A stretch of 64,000 bases of DNA from Macrostomum lignano (Eukaryota), in contig NIVC01000153.1 in assembly GCA_002269645.1 (NCBI GenBank), positions 208,703 through 272,702 on the forward strand. The letters are read 5' to 3'. Shown piece by piece: positions 49,363 through 61,515 of the stretch; positions within the stretch are counted from its first letter, which is position 1; the number at the start of each line of letters is the position of its first letter. The notes under the pieces are model-generated. The model had not been told where the DNA came from. It searched no databases and worked only from the letters and a program-made list of their open reading frames with translations. The position numbers were made by a program, and so were the translations under genes.

Positions 49363-49998
49363 CTGAGCCCGGGCTCCACCGCGGTGCCGTCGCCGCGGCT
49401 CCATCGGACGCCGTCGGGCTCGATCGGCAGCGGCACGGAATTGACGCGGCACTCCAACCGTACCGATCGCTGGCCAGCCACAACTACGTAGCGCTGACGA
49501 TCGACGTTGACGCCGCTTCCATCAGACGACGTCGCGGACGCAGCCACCGCCGTCGGGACGCCGGCCGACACAACCCGAGGCGGCGCCGCCCTAGCCAGGA
49601 TGACTCGACGCGTCACTGTGGGGAAGCCGGTCGTGCTGGCTGAGCAGGTGTACTCGCCGAAGTCCGCCTCGCCAACCGGGTCCAGACGGAGCGTCGCCGA
49701 TCGGCCAAGGACATCGCCGTCACCTCTGTCGACGCGGCGCCATTCAACAGAGGCCGTCGGGCTGGACTCGACGCGGCAGTCGAGGCTGGCGATGCCTCCC
49801 GGCGAAGCCGCGTACAGCCGGGGCAGGTTGAGCGCGAACTTCGGACCGTAGTGGACGCGCAGGCGGACTTCAGCCTCGCCGCGGGCGAAGCTGGTTGCCG
49901 AGCAGCGGACGGTCCGACCGTCATGCCGACGGGTGAGAAGCATTGGGAGGCGCGGGCCGAACTGCTGGATGATCGGCTCCAGACTGTCTATGGTCCAA
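49363..49998 (-). CDS. Kirre-like exon 5 (Ig3 end, Ig4, Ig5 start)
   Basis: WTID...VRCSAT...LRVHYGPKF...ASLDCRVESSPTASVEWRR...DFGEYTCSA...VRLECRVNSVP; phase 2-2. Confidence 0.92.
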
Positions 49999-50252
49999 CT
50001 GAAAGGGGGAGAGAAATTTATATAAATCATGACTACAGTCTACAGACTACAGTCTATGGTCGAAACCCCGGGGTTTCGCGCTGCGGCTAGGCGCCTGGAG
50101 TGGCCCATCTGGGGTTTTGAGAATATGTCTGGGGCTGAAGCTACTTCTTGCATTGAATTTGCGCCAGCGGTCAGCAATGTCTCAACTTCTGAACTTCCGA
50201 ATTCCAACTGAAGCCAGCATGTGTTTCGTCCGAGGTATTTTTTCGACAACAG

Positions 50253-50545
50253 GGGGTTGTAGCCTAGTGTTTAGAGCGTCGGAATCACGGCTTGAAGGTC
50301 GGGGTCCATTCTCGACCCAACTCGGAACAATTTGTGTCTTTGAGCAAGACACTTGACTCTACATTGCTTCAGTTCACCAAAGCTGTAAAATGGGTGCTAG
50401 CATTAGCTGGGGTAATTAGTATTAGCTGGGGTAATTGAGGGTGTGTGTGGCGACCCCCCAGTCCTTGGACTGAACAGCCGTACGCAGCCTTCAGATGCGC
50501 CGCGCAATAGCTGCGGCTGAGCTGTCGGTTGCACATCTGCCCAGA
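50253..50545 (+). mobile_element. CORE-type SINE copy
   Basis: Same family; carries an internal 19-bp duplication of ATTAGCTGGGGTAATT. Confidence 0.88.
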
Positions 50546-50664
50546 TGAAAACAATTCATCAATTGTTTTTTAGACATCAAAATCTGAAAGTCCTACTGTT
50601 AGTAGCCAGTTTAGCAAAAAAACGTCCCGAAATTCATTTTTATTCATTCGTTCTAAAGCCTTAC

Positions 50665-50925
50665 CTGTAGGTAAAGTTATCCGGCCGGCCGAAAGCCTGG
50701 CACACCGCGATGACATTGTCGTGCTCCCTGTACTGGTTTCCTGGCCGCAGGGGCTCCAGGACCACGCGAACCCGCGGAGGCACGCTGACGTAGAGGCGAG
50801 TCCCGGCCGTCAGAGCCGGCTCCGACTCGAACCCGGGCACACGGGCGCTGCACTCGATTGGCATGTTGTGGTGCGCGTCCGTCACCGACTGGCTGGAGAT
50901 TGACAGCTCCGATCGAGCGCTCAGC
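50665..50925 (-). CDS. Kirre-like exon 4 (Ig2 end, Ig3 start)
   Basis: LSARSELSISSQSVTDAHHNMPIECSA...LYVSVPPRVRVVLEP...VIAVCQAFGRPDNFTY; phase 2-2. Confidence 0.9.
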
Positions 50926-50965
50926 CTTGGTGAAAGGCGGAATATTGAATGTCATCTGTGATCTT

Positions 50966-51180
50966 GTCACTAGCTAGATTGATCTAGTCACTAGCTTGAT
51001 TGATCTAGTCACTAGCTAGATTGATCTAGTCACTAGCTAGATTGATCTAGTCACTAGCTTGATTGATCTAGTCACTAGCTAGATTGATCTAGTCACTAGC
51101 TAGATTGATCTAGTCACTAGCTTGATTGATCTAGTCACTAGCTAGATTGATCTAGTCACTAGCTAGATTGATCTATTAGC
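50966..51180. repeat. 21-bp minisatellite (~10 copies)
   Basis: Unit TAGTCACTAGCT(A/T)GATTGATC. Confidence 0.95.
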
Positions 51181-51242
51181 TGGACAACGATCTTCCGTCG
51201 GTCTTTCATCGAAAGGAATCAACTGTATAACTGAAGACTCAC

Positions 51243-51642
51243 AGCTGGCCCTCTTCAGCCAGGCCGGTCATTACTGCGAAGCCGTTCAACGGTGTCTGGA
51301 AGCTGGTCGGCAGCTGCGGTCGCTGGAACAGCGGCACCGGGATTCTAGTTTCGTCGCGCAGCGTCCAAGACATCGCTGGCGCTGGACTGGCCGGGCCGGC
51401 CACGCAAGCCAGTCGGAGTGGCTGTCCGGCCAAAACTCGCACGGTCGAGTTGGCAGGCTTGTCTGTACTGTTCGGGCCGGTGACGCGGTACAGCCGCAGC
51501 CAGGCCGAGTTGTGCAGCACCCGCAGGTAGCCGGGGTCGGAGATCAGCGGCCAGCTCTGGGCGCGCGATTGCAAAGCCAGCTGGCAGGCGTACTCGCCCT
51601 GATCCTGCAGTCGAACCCCAGCAATTCGGAGGTCGTGAACCC
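51243..51642 (-). CDS. Kirre-like exon 3 (Ig1 end, Ig2)
   Basis: GVHDLRIAGVRLQDQGEYACQ...STVRVLAGQPLRLACVAGPASPAPAMSW; phase 1-2. Confidence 0.9.
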
Positions 51643-51659
51643 CTGCGGGTTTTGCGGAT

Positions 51660-53110
51660 GTTGTTGGAGGTTTCGGATGTTGAGGGAGGTTGCGGTTGTT
51701 GAGGGAGGTTGCGGTTGTTGAGGGAGGTTGCGGTTGTTGAGGGAGGTTGCGGTTGTTGAGGGAGGTTGCGGTTGTTGAGGGAGGTTGCGGTTGTTGAGGG
51801 AGGTTGCGGTTGTTGAGGGAGGTTGCGGATGTTGAGGGAGGTTGCGGTTGTTGAGGGAGGTTGCGGTTGTTGAGGGAGGTTGCGGTTGTTGAGGGAGGTT
51901 GCGGTTGTTGAGGGAGGTTGCGGTTGTTGAGGGAGGTTGCGGATGTTGAGGGAGGTTGCGGTTGTTGAGGGAGGTTGCGGTTGTTGAGGGAGGTTGCGGT
52001 TGTTGAGGGAGGTTGCGGTTGTTGAGGGAGGTTGCGGTTGTTGAGGGAGGTTGCGGGTGTTGAGGGAGGTTGCGGTTGTTGAGGGAGGTTGCGGTTGTTG
52101 AGGGAGGTTGCGGTTGTTGACGGAGGTTGCGGTTGTTGAGGGAGGTTGCGGTTGTTGAGGGAGGTTGCGGTTGTTGAGGGAGGTTGCGGTTGTTGAGGGA
52201 GGTTGCGGTTGTTGAGGGAGGTTGCGGGTGTTGAGGGAGGTTGCGGTTGTTGAGGGAGGTTGCGGTTGTTGAGGGAGGTTGCGGTTGTTGACGGAGGTTG
52301 CGGTTGTTGAGGGAGGTTGCGGTTGTTGAGGGAGGTTGCGGATGTTGAGGGAGGTTGCGGATGTTGAGGGAGGTTGCGGTTGTTGAGGGAGGTTGCGGTT
52401 GTTGAGGGAGGTTGCGGTTGTTGAGGGAGGTTGCGGATGTTGAGGGAGGTTGCGGTTGTTGAGGGAGGTTGCGGTTGTTGAGGGAGGTTGCGGTTGTTGC
52501 TGGAGGTTGCGGTTGTTGCTGGAGGTTGCGGTTGTTGCTGGAGGTTGCGGTTGTTGAGGGAGGTTGCGGTTGTTGAGGGAGGTTGCGGTTGTTGAGGGTG
52601 TTGTGGGATGTTTAGATGGGAGGTTGCGGTTGTTGTGGATGTTGTGATTGTTGCGGGAGGTTCCAGCTGTTGCGGGAGGTTGCGGTTGTTGTGGATGTTG
52701 TGATTGTTGCGGGAGGTTCCAGCTGTTGCGGGAGGTTCCAGCTGTTGCGGGAGGTTCCAGCTGTTGCGGGAGGTTCCAGCTGTTGCGGGAGGTTCCAGCT
52801 GTTGCGGGAGGTTCCAGCTGTTGCGGGAGGTTCCAGCTGTTGCGGGAGGTTCCAGCTGTTGCGGGAGGTTCCAGCTGTTGTGGGAGGTTCCAGCTGTTGC
52901 GGGAGGTTCCAGCTGTTGCGGGAGGTTCCAGCTGTTGTGGGAGGTTCCAGCTGTTGCGGGAGGTTCCAGCTGTTGCGGGAGGTTCCAGCTGTTGCGGGAG
53001 GTTCCATCTGTTGCGGGAGGTTCCAGCTGTTGTGGGAGGTTCCAGCTGTTGCGGGAGGTTCCATCTGTTGCGGGAGGTTCCAGCTGTTGTGGGAGGTTGC
53101 TGCAGATGTT
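51660..53110. repeat. G-rich 19-bp minisatellite with two sub-arrays
   Basis: AGGGAGGTTGCGGTTGTTG (~51660-52600), then GCGGGAGGTTCCAGCTGTT (~52650-53100). Confidence 0.97.
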
Positions 53111-53861
53111 GCAGGATTTTTTAGCGCTGCAAAGTTATTTTATTGCTTTGTGGGCGTATTGCTGTGTTATACAACTGCTTTAGCAAGGAAAAGTGCGGAA
53201 AATTAAAATTAAACCTGGCTGTAGCAATGAATACTATTTTAATTTGATCTTACGAGCTATATGACTCTTGTAGCAGTTGTCCCGAACAGCATATAAGGTA
53301 ATAAAAAAAGTTACTTTTCTTCGGGAGATATTTTAGACTGCAAAGAGACAAAATGTCAGCGAGAACCGGGCCCCGCAGATGCAAGTGCTACACTGATCTC
53401 CGACTTATTTACAGAGCATCCGGCTGGACCTATAGATCTCAGGCTGGGTCTCAAGCTTGGGCCTTGACACCAGCGACTAATCCGTAAGGCTTCAGTCCAT
53501 TAAGCATTCCATGCTCTCGCAGCTTGTCGGATTTTATCTCCGTATATCAAGTAGAGCAGACGGTTGATGAACGAGCGTCAGCATCGCAGACAGATACGAC
53601 GGTCTTGTGTTACAATTATAGATGGCGGATTTAGTGAGAATTTCAAATCCGAAAACATGTTTTTTTAAGAAGATATACTGCTGTGCATCAAAGTAGGGGT
53701 TCCAAGAAGGAAGTCTCTCAAAAATCATTAGACAGGGAGTCACTGAAGCCAAAGAAACTAGTGATCAATTTCAAATATGATCAGGTAGATGAATACGACA
53801 GTTTTCCCTAAGAAATGATATCGATAAGTAGGTGATTACGAGCTAAATTCAAAAGAAAGCT

Positions 53862-54240
53862 GTTAGCCAAGAATTGAGCGGTAAAGATCAAAGGAAATCG
53901 GTTAGATAAGCACTAAGCGGTAAATAACAAAGGAAATCAGTTAGCCAAGAATTAAGCGGTAAAGATCAAAGGAAATCAGTTAGCCAAGAATTAAGCGGTA
54001 CATATCAAAGGAAATCGGTTAGCCAAGAATTAAGCGGTAAAGATCAAAGGAAAAGTAAAGATCAAAGGAAATTGGTTAGACAAGAGTTAAGCGGTAAAGA
54101 TCGAAAGAAATCGGTTGACAAGAGCTAAGCGGTAAAGATCAAAATAAATCGGTTAAACAACAGCTAAGCAGGGGTAAAGATCAAAGGAAATCGGTTAGTC
54201 AAGAATTAAGCGGTAGAGATCAAAGGAAATCGGTTAAATA
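53862..54240. repeat. 39-bp degenerate minisatellite
   Basis: Unit AAGAATTAAGCGGTAAAGATCAAAGGAAATC(A/G)GTTAGCC. Confidence 0.9.
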
Positions 54241-54359
54241 AGAAGCGGTAAGGCTAGAAGGTAATTAAGTAATAAAAGTAGATAAAACTCAAAGGCAGTC
54301 TGTAATAAGTGAGCTATAAAAATTCAGATAAGGAATTTATTGAGATTTCTCTGTCTCAC

Positions 54360-54590
54360 CTGGCTCGCCGCTGGCTATGCTGTACCGACCATCGGTGTTC
54401 GGCATGGAGGTGGCCGCCACAATGAGGCCGCCTCGCTGCCAGAACACCTTGACCCGGCCGGTGGGCCCGCCGCCGCCGTCTTGCTGTCCGGCGTTGCTGC
54501 GGCAGGTCAGGCTGGCGTTGCCGCCTATCCGAACGGACAGATTGGCCGGCCCGTCCGTCACCCGGAGACTGGCGTCGCTGCCTGATGAAG
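54360..54590 (-). CDS. Kirre-like exon 2 (Ig1 start)
   Basis: SSGSDASLRVTDGPANLSVRIGGNASLTC...VKVFWQRGG...GRYSIASGEP; acceptor TCTCCAG|, donor G|GTGAGA; phase 1-1. Confidence 0.9.
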
Positions 54591-57436
54591 CTGGAGAGAG
54601 ATTTTAGGTTTGATACAAATCATAAACTTTAATAATAAAACTAATCTTTCGATAGGCATTAACGCGAAAACTACACTGTCACCTGTTCTAATAGCTAGTA
54701 CGAGTTGAGTAGCTTTGGACTCTCGTACTTAATCAGCTAGGTCCGATCCCGTCTGGGCCACATCAATATGAGCTTATGAGGCCCACTAAGGCATATATAC
54801 TTTGCAAAACAGCTTTCTACTTTCAGCTTAGTAGCAAAGAAGAATATAGAAGTTATTTTACGAGTATAATAATTATGGCAGCTGAAATGACTTTGATAAG
54901 TTTAGAAGCCTATAAGCTTGCAGGCGAAAACAACTTGCTAATTGGTTCAGCCATAATGTACACAATTCCTCAAATTAAGAGGGGGGTTAAGAGCCAATAA
55001 ATAGAGCCTAGTCTTTAAAAATACACAAAAGTGCTTCAGTTTAACTTACTACTGAACTGAAAGTAGCTTGCACCAAATATGCTGAGTAGCCCATCTAGTT
55101 ATTCTAGTATTTGTGGTTAGGCCCAAACCCCAAGGCTCAAAGAACGTAAAAGCCTACTGTTGAGAGCGAGTGGCGAACGAAAAAAACTGACTGATGTTTA
55201 AATGACCCTTTTTAAGGCCGTTTGAATCGGGACGTTCATCTTAAAGTCCTGCTGCAATGTTTCGTTTTTTGCTCAATTATAAATAATATTTTTCGGTGTG
55301 TTCGAGTTGGGCTTAGCATTGCTTGGATTCTGCTTCTAGCGATTTCTGCCCCGTTCTGTAGCTCTCCCCAGAGCGATCGCATCATAGAATCGGCTAATTT
55401 TTCTTCTCAAAGAGGGAGTGGGGTCGTGGTCTCCCTGATTACCTCAGCTGGCTTAGGAGGTTAAGCAGCTCAGCTCAGCTCAGAGAGTCCCCTAAGCCGG
55501 TATTAGATAGAGAGTGCACCAACTTTTCCCGATTGGGGTTGCCTTGGGGTGTCCGGATAGAGGCAGATCGGACTAGAGGCGGCTGGTGAAGGTCGACCTT
55601 TTCTGAGCAAAGCCGTGCCAAAACCGCACTGCCCAGAGACAGCTATTTGAGCTGGGCAGAGACGGGCTGGACAAAGCGAAAACAAGTTTGCTTAGTTACC
55701 GATACACTGGCAGAGAAGTTGTGGCGCACTGTTTGCTGATTGCCTTCTCTGGCGCCTTTGCATGCTGCTGACATTTAATTTTAATTTGACATGGCGGTCA
55801 ACAGTTCCGCTAGGACTGCAGCTGCTTGCTTCTTGGCTAGGAATTAAGCAACACTAGCTGAGGGGCACTTTTCCCTCATCGCTTGAGTTTTTGCACTTTG
55901 AAATCGCCTCTAGAGAGTAGAGACAGCCGGGAAATAACAAGTTTTTTAGCAACCTACAATTAAATTGTAACTTTTGGCCCGTTGAAACAATTGACTTTCC
56001 TAATTAGTGCCGGATATGAAAAGTGTAAAGATGCGTCTAATTCAAACTCACTAACTTCTTACTCCTATGTAAATTTCTTTCTGGGAACACTTCCTTTCCC
56101 TCCCTATCTCCTCCCCCGGAACTCCATCTTCTCCCTACCTCCTCTTGTCTCTTATTCTCCCTCCTCCCCTCTACCCTCTCTTCCGCCTACCTCACCTCAC
56201 TCTCTGCCTCTATAGAAACTTTGCGGATTCTATTTCAGAATTTCCTGAAAATGGCAGCAGATAGCGGCAAACAGATGGCTCTTCGAAATAAATAATCTGG
56301 ATTGAATGTGAAATAGTAGCTTTTTAAAGATAGCAACCAGCGGTTTCTAGGCCAGGTGAGAGATAAGATAAAAGCATTTGATTGCTGGCTGGCATTTACA
56401 AAACCGATGCATCGCTTTGGTGGACTTAGCGCGACTGATCTAAACTTTAGCCAGGTGGGATCTGACACTGTGCGAGCGCATTATGCGGCTATATCGAATT
56501 CCAGAACATTTCTTTTTTTCATTTTTAGTCAGGGTTTTAGGAAAAAATTACTTTAGGGATAACAGGAAAATAAAAATTAAAAGTTCAAATTAAAATTTTT
56601 GTTTTCAAAAAAAAACCAATTAAAATATAGAGTAAATCTTAAAAAATATATAAAAATGAAAAAAACCAATAAAAAAAGAAAAATTTATAAACATAGTTTC
56701 GTCCTTTTTTTGAAATATGTTAGGTTTTGTAAGGCATTTTTGTCTGCTTTCCATGGTGCATGTGCCCAACCCTCATGGTATTATTATTATTAAGCCTGTA
56801 CCAGGAACAACTGCATGCAAATACACTAGAAACATCTTTGAGGGCCAATTCAATTTTTAATATGAGCTTAATTTGAATTAATCTAGAATTATTTTTTTCA
56901 AAACTGATGATTGAAACCAGGCATTTAGCTGTACAGGGGGCACTGTCTTGACATCAGGTTTCTGGTTGAGTACAAGCAGTTTAATGACCACCTAATGACT
57001 ACCTAGCATGCGAATAGCGAACAGCAAACATGAAGAAATGCATTTGATAATTACCGGAGGTATCAGGGGTAAAGGTTAGACCTGACTTTCCCTTTCAACT
57101 TACCGCTTACGCCTGAGGTCAAAAAACAGATAAAAGGAACATTGATATTCAGAGCGAACCCGGAGTGACCCCCTGGCTAACATGGGGGCAGGAGAGAGAA
57201 GGGGCAATTTAGAGGACTTCGCTGATGTCGAAGACACGGACGATGCTGAGCGTTTTTTCCCAGTATACTGATAAAAATCCATGCTAAGTTGGAAAATTAG
57301 TCTCGCTGAATAGTGGGAAAGAGAGAAGCAAGCACGATGACCAATCCTCTTATCATTCCCTAATCCCTATATCGTCCCATCAGCTTGGGATCCTCGGGCG
57401 TCCACTTCACTGGTTGGCATTGCCAGCAGCATACGG

Positions 57437-57490
57437 ACACACACACACACACATACACACACACACACAACACACACACAATACACACAG
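57437..57490. repeat. (CA)n microsatellite
   Basis: Imperfect CA run. Confidence 0.9.
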
Positions 57491-59511
57491 TCTTGTTTCA
57501 TCCAGCAGGGTTCAAGACCGAACACAAGCCAGCTGCAGAGCAAAAGAATTAATTCCGTGAAGTGGTCTAGCAAACATTGTTGCGCAGGGAGTAGGGAGGG
57601 GGTCGAGCGATCGACTTTCCCTCATCTCTCTCGTGTCCCTATATCTTCATCCTAGATGATGGCGGTGGTGGGGTGAGGGCAGTTTACAAGTCTCAGTTGT
57701 TGGACAAGCGCACTGGCCCCTATATAGGATCAACAGGTTATTATACACAGGTTCCCTGCCAGCCCGCCCGCCAGTACCAGTCAGGCCCCAAATATGGCGC
57801 ACTGGTGCTTCAATGCAATACGAGCGCTATAGGCCGTTTCCTCGCCACTTTCTTATATTTATCTTTTTTCTCCTCTGATTAATTGGCTATAGCAGCGCAG
57901 GGTGCCAGGGGCAGTAAAGAAGCGAGTGGGAGAGTGAGGGTGAGGATAAAGCAGATGGGGAAGTGCAAGAGGCCGCAATAAGTTATGGCGTAGCAATAAA
58001 AGGCGGTGCTGGGTGCCAAAAGGATAATCTTGGCTAGAAAAGGGAGGCTGTAACAGCAGGCGGCATGGCTTGCGGCCAACGATTACTAAAATGCTAGTTC
58101 TTAATAGCGGCTGGCGAAACGTTCAGCAGCAGACTGAATTCAGCAGCAGCAGTCTGATTATTTACGAGGAGAAGGAGAATTAAAGGTAGAGAAAAGGTGA
58201 GGTTTTAGAAGTTAAGCTTATGTTTCAGAGAATTTTCCGATAATTTCGTATAAAAATAACAATGGGAAAGTCATGGCCCTGTGTGAGTGCGCGCCTGCCC
58301 GTGTGTACACAGACACACATAGTTCACATTGGGGTTGTACATCTGCCCTGACTCCTCCCCCGTAGATTCCGTACGCAAACCACCGCCCCGCCACGCCCCC
58401 TTCCCCAAAATACCATGGTACGAGTATGACGGCCACGCCTTGGCCCGCGGAATCTGGGGTGATGGGGTGGCCTGAGTGTACAGTGTGCAACTAGGATTGA
58501 GATAGCAATCGATAAGCCAACCAATCAGAAACGAGAAGAGAGAAGGGAGAGAGAACCATAGAGAGGAGGGAGAATGACTTAAAGTGCAATGACACAGAAG
58601 GACGAAAGCTGTGACAAGAAAAGAAAAATCACCGATAAAGAGAGAAGTGCGCCAGGAAAATCATATCGGAAATCGGACACAAGCGCTTCTTAAATGGGGG
58701 ATTAAAGGGAATCCAAGGATGGACAGACAGCCGTTAGAAGTAAACAGATTTAGAGAAAGGGAAGAGGGAGTGAGAGATGGCCAGCAAATGCAAGAGAAGA
58801 AGATAAATGAAAACTCCCGCCACTGATGAAGGTTGGCGCTGGATAGCTGGGCCACAAAGCTCGGAGATAGTCTGCACTACTTTCTTCTTAGAGGCCTGCT
58901 CTACTCCCAGAGGCGGAAGGCCACTGCAAAATTAATATCCCAAAGTGCGCTGCGGGCTAATCTCTTCTATTTGTTATGCTACTACTTTCGCTACGCCTAC
59001 CGGCACCCAGCGGCCTCCCAAACTTCCAAGCCCGGGGGAGCCTTCCATCATTCTTTGCCATCCTCCATTCATTCACTTCCCGTCTTTCCCGATCCCCCTG
59101 TCCTCTAACTTTTCCCTCCTTTCTCTCGCTGATCAGTTTCTTCTAATACTGCGGCTTTTGTAAGTTTCCATTCCTTTCCGTCAAGTCATTATTATGGTAA
59201 CTTCATTCTTTCCTTTGCCAACCCTCTGGCACCATTTTTCATTCACTGCCACACTCCCGGCTGCGAACTAGCTACTGCCTTCGGAAAAAAGCGCGTTGAA
59301 GCCCGTGTAACACGCGATCGCTTCTTGAGCAGCTGGCTGTTTGCAATGTCAGTCCGTTAAACTTTTTCCTTGACATCTCTCATCTTTAGCAGTAGGAATA
59401 TTAAGTCATCTTTCTCGAACGGGTCATCAGTTACTATCCTGACACCGTCGGCTGCCTGAGAGACTTGAGAGAGTTGAAGATCAGATTTCCTGGGACGCAT
59501 GACTAAGCGCG

Positions 59512-59890
59512 CATGACATTAGCGTGCATTTTGAAACTGCTCTACGTGACACAAGCGCGCATTTCAAATGCAGACGTCTGGAACAAGCGTGCATTTCAAA
59601 TGCAGACGTCTGGAACAAGCGCGCATTTCAAATGCAGACGTCTGGAACAAGCGTGCATTTCAAATGCAGACGTCTGGAACAAGCGCGCATTTCAAATGCA
59701 GACGTCTGGAACAAGCAAGCGCGCATTTCAAATGCAAACGTCTGGAACAAGCGCGCATTTCAACTGCAGACGTCTGGAACAAGCGCGCATCTCAAATGCA
59801 GACGTCTGGAACAAGCGTGCATTTCAAATGCATGACTCTGGTGCAAGAGCGCAGTTAAAATGTACGTGTCTGGCACAAGCGCGCATCTGA
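59512..59890. repeat. 32-bp palindrome-rich minisatellite
   Basis: Unit CAAGCG(C/T)GCATTTCAAATGCAGACGTCTGGAA. Confidence 0.95.
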
Positions 59891-60296
59891 ATGCAACTTG
59901 AGCTCGGCTCGGGTGATTTATGACGTGGATGTTTTATGGGTATTTTGATGATTTAGCCCCTCCACCTTAAGTGAGTGTGGTTCTAGTGATTACAGACTAT
60001 GAGCACTAGTTAGTCAGGTGATGTACATCTTTTGTGGTCCTAAACCTACGTTGAATACCTACAACTACGAAGAGGGATTGTGTGGCTGTTTGTGCATGTC
60101 TGTTTATCGTATAAAAGCCCACTACTTCTTACTACTTTTATCCAATGTCACTCATCTGAATAGTTTGAGAATGGAGCCAGTCAAGGCAACACAAAAAAGG
60201 CCCTCGATTGTCTGCGCGTTTGTGTCACTGCCGTCAAAATTGTCTGCGCGCTCGTGTCACTGCCGCGTACGCGGGAACGCACTCGTGCGCGCGCTC

Positions 60297-60440
60297 ACAC
60301 AGGGTGTACAGGGGCCTTGACTTTCTAATCGCCAGGCATGTACACTCTCTGATCCTTGGGGGTTGGCCCCCCTTTCATGGGTGTGAATCGCTGGACAACC
60401 CCCATGGCCAAAGAAACAGTCGATTACGTGCTAAAATCTA
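60297..60440 (+). mobile_element. Dispersed repeat, CAGGGTGTAC family, copy 3
   Basis: Similarity to the 45580 and 47232 copies. Confidence 0.65.
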
Positions 60441-61366
60441 AAAATACATTCGCATAGAAACGAGGCCTTCAAATACTTGTAGTCAACCTTTGGAAATGCG
60501 CCAGAGACTGTGTAAAGATGTCCGTGTTGAAGTAGTTGCTAAATAATTTCGATTCACGACGTTAATTTCGACTCAAGAGAAAATTTACAGCAGACAGGTC
60601 CATACTGATAGCAAAGCAACAACAAGGTGCAGATATTGATTCAGACTGGACTCTTCGAACGGCGACTTGTTTCCAATTTGGGCTGAAAATTGCTGCCTGC
60701 TGGCCAAGAGGAGGCAGTTGGAGCGGATCTCAAACTCCGGATGTCGGTCTGTAGGCTTACTCGAGTCTCCGAGGCTCTCTAGATTTCTCCCATCCAGCTC
60801 CTTATCCGGTCCGATTCCCAATCGATCCACCTGCCCCTGCACGCGACTGTCTCAGCACCTGCGCCCATGGTAACCCATGCCGCTTTGGCAGCAAAGTGCA
60901 CAGCGTTGGCTCGTGTATTATATATAGGCTAGAAGGTTGACACTTGGTCGTCAGGACTGCGGATGCGAGGATGATACAATTTTCCCAGAATTGATTCAGG
61001 TGCTGAGGGTGAGGGTTGTGGGATTGACAGGTACGAAGATCAATGCTGGATTGAATTATCGAGAGGTTAGGGGGGAGGGAAGTGGCCGAGCGAGGAGGTC
61101 ATTGAAGCGAAGTGTATGTGAGCAAAAATGAGCTGATACTTTAAGTGGTAGCTCAAAGCTTCTCAACGAATGTTTTTGTCACGCGATTTAAACAAAAACA
61201 GCGTCTAGAACTGTGAACTGTTTCTCTAAATGCTAGCTAAAATGCAATTCGACTGGACTTGCTACTTTTTCTGAGGTAGCAACTGCATTCAGCTGACTTG
61301 TCCAAGAGATATTGATGCAAAAATCATGTGTCTTGTGTTGGTCAGATTGATGTCAACACCATGCTG

Positions 61367-61515
61367 CCTGTCTCTGCTTGTCTGTCTCTGATTGCCTGTC
61401 TCTGATTGCCTGTCTCTGACTGCCTGTCTCTGATAAATTGCCTGTCTCTGCTTGCCTGTCTCTGATTGCCTGTCTCTGATAAATTGCCTGTCTCTGATTG
61501 CCTGTCTCTGATTGG
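61367..61515. repeat. 14-bp minisatellite
   Basis: Unit TTGCCTGTCTCTGA, grading into CTGATTGGCTG (reverse CCAAT). Confidence 0.9.

Noticed and set aside
55690-57573. Alternative candidates for the Kirre-like first exon (near 55700, 57110 and 57500)
   Set aside because: They lack a convincing ATG-initiated hydrophobic signal; 63712-63790 has both a signal and a consensus GTGAGT donor in the right phase.
60480-60873. Possible decayed retroelement coding fragment
   Set aside because: No recognisable RT, endonuclease or gag motif in any frame.
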